64,000 nucleotides of DNA from the human T2T-CHM13v2.0 reference genome, Homo sapiens. A program made the translations under genes and the position numbers. This document shows positions 57,413 through 64,000 of the stretch, piece by piece; the stretch's first letter is position 1, and every line of letters begins with the position of its first letter. The notes under the pieces are model-generated. The model saw only the letters and a program-made list of their open reading frames with translations. It did not search any database and had not been told where the DNA came from. The stretch lies in NCBI RefSeq assembly GCF_009914755.1, contig NC_060932.1; one strand, written 5' to 3'.

Positions 57413-59008
57413 TGAGAGGTGACAGCAGGCTGGCAGTCCTCCCAGCCCTCGCTCGCTCTCGGCGCCTCCTCTGCCTGGGCTCCCACTTTGGTGGCACTTG
57501 AGGAGCCCTTTGGCCCACCGCTGCACTGTGGGAGCCCTTTTCTGAGTTGGCCAAGGCCGGAGCCCACTCCCTCAGCTTGCGGGGAGGTGTGGAGGGAGAG
57601 GCGCGAGTGGGAACCAGGGCTGTGCGAGGCACTTGCGGGCCAGCTGGAGTTCCGGGTGGGCGTGGGCTTGGCTGGCCCCACACTCGGAGCAGCTGGCCGG
57701 CCCTGCCGGCCCTGAGCAATGAGGGACATAGCACCCGGGCCAGTGGCTGCGGAGGGTGTACTGAATCCCCCAGCAGTGCCAGCCCACCGGCGCTGTGCTC
57801 GACTTCTCACCCGGCGTTAGCTGCCTTCCCGCGGGGCAGGGCTCAGGACCTGCAGCCCGCCGTGCCTGAGCCTCCCACCCACTCCATGGGCTCCTGTGCG
57901 GCCCGAGCCTCCCCAACGAGCACCATCCTCTGCTCCACGGCACCCAGTCCCATCCACCACCCAAGGGCTGAGGAATGCGGGCACACGGCACAGGGACTGG
58001 CAGGCAGCTCCACCTGCAGCCGTGGTGCGGGACCCACCGAGTGAAGCCAGGTGCGCTCCTGAGTCTGGTGGGGCCTTGGAGAACCTTTATGTGTCTTCCT
58101 CAGGGATTGTAAATACACCAATCGGCATTCTGTACCTAGCTCAAGGTTTGTAAACACACCAATCAGCACCCTGTGTCTAGCTCAGGGTTTGTGAGTGCAC
58201 CAATCGACACTCTGTATCTAGCTGCTCTGATGGGGCCTTGGAGAACCTTTATGTCTAGCTCAGGGATTGTAAATACACCAATCGACACTCTGTATCTTGC
58301 TCAAGGTTTGTAAACACACCAATCAGCACCCTGTATTTACCTCAAGGTTTGTGAGTGCACCAATGGACACTGTATCTAGCTGCTCTGGTGGGGCCTTGGA
58401 GAACCTTTGTGTCCACACTCTGTATCTAACTAATCTGATGGGGTCGTGGAGAACCTTTGTATCTAGCTCAGGCATTGTAAACACACCAGTCAGCACCCTG
58501 TCAAAACAGACCACTGGGCTCTATCAATCAGCAGGATGTGGGTGGGGCCAGATAAGAGAATAAAAGCAGGCTGCCCCAGCCAGCAGTGGCAACCCACTCG
58601 TGTCCCCTTCCACACTGTGGAAGCTCTGTTCTTTCACTCTTTGCAATAAATCTTGCTGCTGCTCACTCTTTGGGTCCACACTGCTTTTATGAGCTGTAAC
58701 ACTCACCGCCAAAGTCTGCAGCTTCACTCCTGAAGCCAACGAGACCAGAAGCCCACCGGGAGGGGAGGAACGAACAACTCCAGATGCGCCGCCTTAAGAG
58801 CTATAACACTCACCACGAAGGTCTGCAGTTTCACTCCTGAGCCAGCAAGACCACGAACCCACTAGAAGGAAGAAACTCTGAACACATCCGAACGTCAGAA
58901 GGAACAAACTCCAGACGCGCCACCTTAAGAACTGTAACACTCACTGCGACGGTCCGTGGCATCATTCTTGAAGCTAGTGAGACCAAGAACCCACCAATTC
59001 CGGACACA
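57413..59008 (+). mobile_element. LTR12C (HERV9 5' LTR), ~1.6 kb
   Basis: TGAGAGGTGACAGC...CCAATTCCGGACACA termini; GC-rich U3; tandem CCAAT repeats; U5 repeats. Confidence 0.97.
58080..58570 (+). promoter_or_regulatory. LTR12 enhancer/promoter: tandem NF-Y (CCAAT)/GATA repeats, GT box and AATAAAA TATA-like box
   Basis: Intact CCAAT at 58118, 58159, 58200, 58278, 58319 and 58360; gggtggggccagataagagaataaaagc at ~58540-58567. Confidence 0.8.
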
Positions 59009-59614
59009 TTTTGGCGACCACGAAGGGACTTTCACCTATCGCCAAGCAGTGAGACAATCGCCGAGTGGTGAGACCGTCGCCTATCGCTGAGTGGTGAGAC
59101 AATCGCCAATCGCCAAGCAGTGAGTAGCATCAGACTCCTTTCGCTTGCTATTCTGTCCTATTTTTCATTAGAATTCGGGGGCTAAATACCGGGCACCTGT
59201 CGGCCAGTTAAAAGCAACTAGCGTGGCCGCCGAACTAAAGAAACGGGTGTCAGGCTTTCTGGGAAAGGGCTCTCTAACAACCCCCAACTCTTCGGAGTTG
59301 GGACCGTTGGTTTGCCTAGAACCAGCTTCCGCTTTTCCTGTACTTCTGGGCTGAGCCGAGGGTCTACAGAGAGGAAAGCCATGCAGCTCCGGGGTCCCAA
59401 CAACATGTTGGTTGACCCTGTGGCCATGACCGGAACTCTCAAAAGCATGTCGCCCAAGCCAGACTTGCCCATCTATCCTATCTATCCTGACCCTTGCCCT
59501 CTGGGTCCTAATGCCTGCCAGACAAACTTCCTCTCACCTCTCCTCTCTGAGGTTAGGCCCGCTTCTAAAAATTGCTACCTGTCTCTGGTGCTTTTCTAGT
59601 TTCTCCTATAAGAA
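59009..59614 (+). mobile_element. HERV9 internal 5' leader, truncated (no gag/pol/env, no 3' LTR)
   Basis: PBS, atcgcc(a/g)ag..gtgag leader repeats and gggggctaaataccgggcacctgtc; similarity ends at ttctcctataagaa. Confidence 0.88.
59012..59029 (+). other. Retroviral primer binding site, tRNA-Arg
   Basis: TGGCGACCACGAAGGGAC, 3 nt after the LTR; complementary to the recalled 3' end of tRNA-Arg(TCG). Confidence 0.9.
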
Positions 59615-60781
59615 AACCAGCTTTTATTTAGATTGGATCAACTGTGGATTGCATTGGATTGGATTAAGCAGCTCAAATTTAGACTGGATTAAGGAGATCA
59701 GCCCCAGTCTAACTGCCTGCCAGAAACAAAATAAATGGTCTCTGGGGAAATCAAACCTCAACCAGACTCTCAAATTATTTGTACAATTTTTCATACAAAA
59801 GATTCTATATTTAAAAAAAATTACCCAGCATACCAGGAGAAAAGACCAAGTGATCAAAAACTGAGAAAAAAAAAAAAAGTACAATAGAAAGAGACTAACA
59901 GGAAGTGTAGATATTAAAGTTAGCAGAAGTTGCCTTTAAAATAACTGTGATTAATATGTTCAAAGAAATAAAGAGCACCATAAAGAACATCAGCAGAGAA
60001 CTGCCATCTACAAAGACTGGAGTCACATGGAAATTCTGCAGTTGAAATAGGCAGTCCCAGAAATTAAAAATTAAGCTAATTAATAGCAGATTAGGCAAAG
60101 TTGAAAAGAGGATTAGAGAACTAGAAAAAAGGTTAATACACAATATTTGAAAGAGGGATAACGAAACTAATAGTAAATGAAGAATGATTGTCACAAAACG
60201 TGGAATACGGGCAAAATAATAAATAACATTTCCTCATAAGGAGAAAAAAGAAACAATGGAATGAAAGAAGTATTTGAAGAGATAATGACAGATAATTTAC
60301 TGTAACTGATTAGAGACTTTGAGCAGAAGTGAAAAGGTAGAATTCAGATGAAAGAAACCAAATTACAAAGAGAAAAATTTTAATCATAGAAAAAGGACTG
60401 GCAAAGAAGCAACAATAAAAGTTACAGAAGATTTTGCAATGGAAAAAAATTAAAGCCAGAGGTAATGAATGCTGTCTTTAAAGTGCTATAATAAAATGAT
60501 GACCAACATAGAGCTCTATACAAAGTGAAACTATCCTATAGAAATTGAAGACATTTTAAGTTAAATTGAATCTGAGTAAATACTCTTTAGTCCTTTTCAG
60601 GTCGAATAAAAATTATATTAGATGAAAGCATGCAGGTAAAGATGGAATAAACAGCAATACAAAATGTAAGCTGATGGGAAAATTATATGTAACAATAAAA
60701 TTATTGATTTGTGGGATTTAATATATTAGCAAAATAATTTGAAAATTAATTCAAACTTTTAATGACTATTTTCATCATTAC

Positions 60782-61105
60782 CTTTTTCATTATTATGCGC
60801 ATGTAATGGTTGTACGTATACATGGAGTACACATGATATTTTCACACAAGCATACAACGTGTAATGATGAGATCAGGGTAATTGGCTATCCATCTCCTCA
60901 AGCATTTGCCATTTCTTTGTGTTTAAAAACATGCCAATTCCACTCTTTTGGTTATTTTTAAATACATAATAAATTATTGTTAACTATGGTGACCCTATTA
61001 CACTTCCAAGTACTAGTTCTTATTCATTCTGACTGTATTTTAGTACCCATCAGCCATTCCCAATTTTTCCCCAGGCAATTCCCATTGGCAGTGACTAATT
61101 GCTTG
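60782..61105 (-). mobile_element. L1MA-class 3' end
   Basis: caagcatacaacgtgtaatgatgagatcagggtaattgg...tcaagcattt. Confidence 0.85.
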
Positions 61106-62135
61106 TGTAGAGATAGATTTCTCTCACAGAGTGTTGATTTTAAAGGTTACATAAACTGTTAAAGTCACAGACCAAACCTGTTACAGACTTAACCTGTTAA
61201 GCTCATGTTTCAAATTCATAACTGTGATATTTACTGGTTTAATGATAAAAATCACACCTAGTTCCTTCTGGATGAGCCACAGCTTGGCAATTTTCCAGGA
61301 AAAATCAATGTTTTTATGGACGTAACCTTTTTAGCATTTTTTTTGATGCTTTATTTTCTCTAGGACTTTTGGATAAACACTGTTCCCTCTCAGTAATTTA
61401 TATCATAAAAACACAGCACTAAAATCCCTTTTTGTTTTATTCACATGTATATGAAATACCGCCACACCATATTCCTTAAAGCATCATGCCTGTGAGAGAG
61501 ATCCTCCATGAATAGCTGTGCGGTTCCCCATGGCACTTTCTATGCTCCTCCAGGATGATACTGGGCTGCAGCTGTTCTGCACACAGGTCTGCACGCACAG
61601 TAGGATCATGGCAGGTGTTCAACTTTTTCTCTCCAGTATCTGGCATAGTATTTGATAAGAGTGCTTAACTTTGTTTGATGAATAAATAAATGAGAACTTG
61701 CATGCATGAATCTGTACTGTGTAAGAGAGGTTACATCTATATAAGAGCGCCTAAAAAGTTATAATAGAGATACCCATTACAAATAAGTTTAGTTAATTTT
61801 GAATGAATGCTTTCATCTCTTTTAATCCATGAAACATTGCTTTTACTATTATATATGACAATATCCTACAGAGGCCAATAGATTAGGTGCGCTCTCTTCT
61901 TCCACATTGATTTTTCTGCCCATCGTGAGCCAACCAGCTTTTATGGCTTACTTGAAGGGTATGTAATTCCTTCAGTAAAAAATGAGTTTTCTCCACTTGT
62001 CTGTTGTTTTACACTGAAATGAGTACTGGGAACTGATGCATAGTTTGAAGAGCTTAATGTTCTTTTACTCACTTTCTCTGCAAAAATAATTACACAACTG
62101 TAAAACTGTGAGCTTTTCAAAGCATCAAGTTCTTG

Positions 62136-62280
62136 ATATATATGTATATGTACATACATGTATATGTGGATATATATGTATATGTACATGTATATGTGGA
62201 TATATATGTATATGTACATATATATGTATATGTAGATACATATGTATATGTACATATATGTATATATATATGCACACATG
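62136..62280. repeat. Compound (TA/TG/CA) microsatellite with a 24-bp higher-order unit
   Basis: tacatgtatatgtggatatatatgtatatg repeated. Confidence 0.93.
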
Positions 62281-63069
62281 AATTTCTCCTTGTCCAAGTG
62301 TCTAACACCTAAGGAAATTTATTTTGATACAGAACCTTTCCTAGATGTGTAAAAGAAGAAATAAGCTTTACTTACAAATAATTGTACTCAGACTCATGAT
62401 CACGATCTCATTTACTGACGAGAACTATGTCTTATGAACTATGGCTTCACTAGGTACTGGTTAAGAGATTTTCTCCACTTATGACACTCTTCATAAAGTA
62501 AACATTAAGACTTTGCATTTATAGTAGATGCTAACACAAGCAGTTTTCACATTATGAACTTGTGGGTACCATTTTGTTAAAACATTTTGCCTTTCCACAA
62601 CTCTGTAACTATAAAAAATTACGAAATTTATTGAAATGTAAAAACTGTTGTCCCTTTAAAAACTGAAGTGTGAATACTTTTAAACTCACTTCCAGTGATA
62701 GAAGGAGATTGTGTGTAGACTTTAAAGTATACCCAGCAACATCAACTAGCTACTTTCCTGAATCGTGAATGCAGCACCATTTAAGCAAGCATAGGAAAAA
62801 GAAAACTAACAAAAGGATCAAGGTAAAGCAAAATCTAATACATGTTCAGTATTCTAAAATGCCTCTGGCTTCCCTCTAGCTATAGTGGATAATAATTTTT
62901 CAAAGACGGGCTTATTTTAAATGGCTAGTAAAATGATATCAAACATTTTCTTAGGCATATATTTAAATAGAGAAGAAATATATTGCTGGTGTTGATTACA
63001 ACTCAATGGCCGTCAGAAGACAGTAACTTTTAGGATTCCATTAAATGCTGATACTAGCCAAAAAGAAAA

Positions 63070-63233
63070 AGGAAATAAAACATCAGACCACAGTTTCAAA
63101 TACAGTATAGAGAGCACACACTGGCTATGCTATCTAGAGACAGAGATAAAGAACTATCTCTGCCTCTAGATAGTATAGCCAGTCTGTCCTCTCTGCACTG
63201 TATTTGAAACAGTGGTCTGATGTTTTCTTTCCT
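63070..63233. repeat. Long palindrome: ungapped 79-bp arms (71/79 identical), 6-nt loop AAGAAC
   Basis: Manual alignment of 63070-63148 against the reverse complement of 63155-63233. Confidence 0.97.
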
Positions 63234-63252
63234 GTTTAAGAAACTCTACTCT

Positions 63253-63604
<352 letters not shown>

Positions 63605-64000
63605 TCAAGCTTCCACTGACGCGAATGTGATGTGGCATTAAAAACACTCCAGGGTGCCCTTTCACTTGGAAAAAATATACATACACATATACATTGCCTT
63701 TAAGTATAGTAGAGCCAAGTACAATATACTATATATAATATACATTATATAAACACGTTATGTATACATTATACAACGTGTACTACATGCACATTATATA
63801 ATGTGTAATAGTGTAAAAATAGAAAAATAGAAAATATGTTGTCCTTAGACTATCTTTAATTTGTAAATGTTTCAAAAAGAGAAACTAGAATTTTCATTGC
63901 TCTCAATGAGAAAAGAAAGAAAAGTGCAAAAAAGGGAATTGGATAGAGCCTTATCAGAGTTATGTAAAAGAACTAAATTTTTCTATATTGGAAAATAAAT

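Larger units (their letters stand above)
57030..60700 (+). mobile_element. Ancient L1 (L1ME/M4 class) 5' UTR and ORF1 remnant, split by the ERV9 insertion; boundaries approximate
   Basis: cttccggctaagat start; ctaactgcctgccagaaacaaaataaat; A-rich ORF1-like ctttaaaataactgtgattaatatgttcaaagaaataaag. Confidence 0.65.

Noticed and set aside
57291-58169. Cluster of overlapping 85-165-aa ORFs and CpG-island-like composition
   Set aside because: Explained by the GC-rich U3 of LTR12C

Overview
AT-rich primate genomic DNA, human or ape-like (AluY/S/J, L1PA, LTR12C), that reads as intronic or intergenic. I recognise no host protein-coding exon, tRNA or rRNA. The ORF-track entries I could assign come from Alu, L1, LTR or VNTR sequence; the rest are short and unrecognised. 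The main landmarks are: a ~33-unit 35/37-bp minisatellite that arose inside an old L1 3' UTR (6596-7788); a full-length 6.4-kb L1PA7/8-like element with a perfect 14-bp TSD, broken ORF1/ORF2 and an open ORF0-like antisense frame (42907-49352); a truncated ERV9 provirus keeping only the 5' LTR12C, tRNA-Arg PBS and leader (57413-59614); and an ungapped 79-bp-arm palindrome that matches no repeat I recognise (63070-63233). There are also 16 dimeric Alus and one FLAM, nested DNA transposons, a twin-primed L1 and several micro-rearrangement scars. I see no convincing evidence of a new multi-gene system. The best novelty candidates are the two unexplained inverted repeats, the VNTR architecture and the truncated ERV9 promoter/splice-donor cassette. 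Subfamily names come from recalled consensus sequences and need confirmation with RepeatMasker/Dfam.
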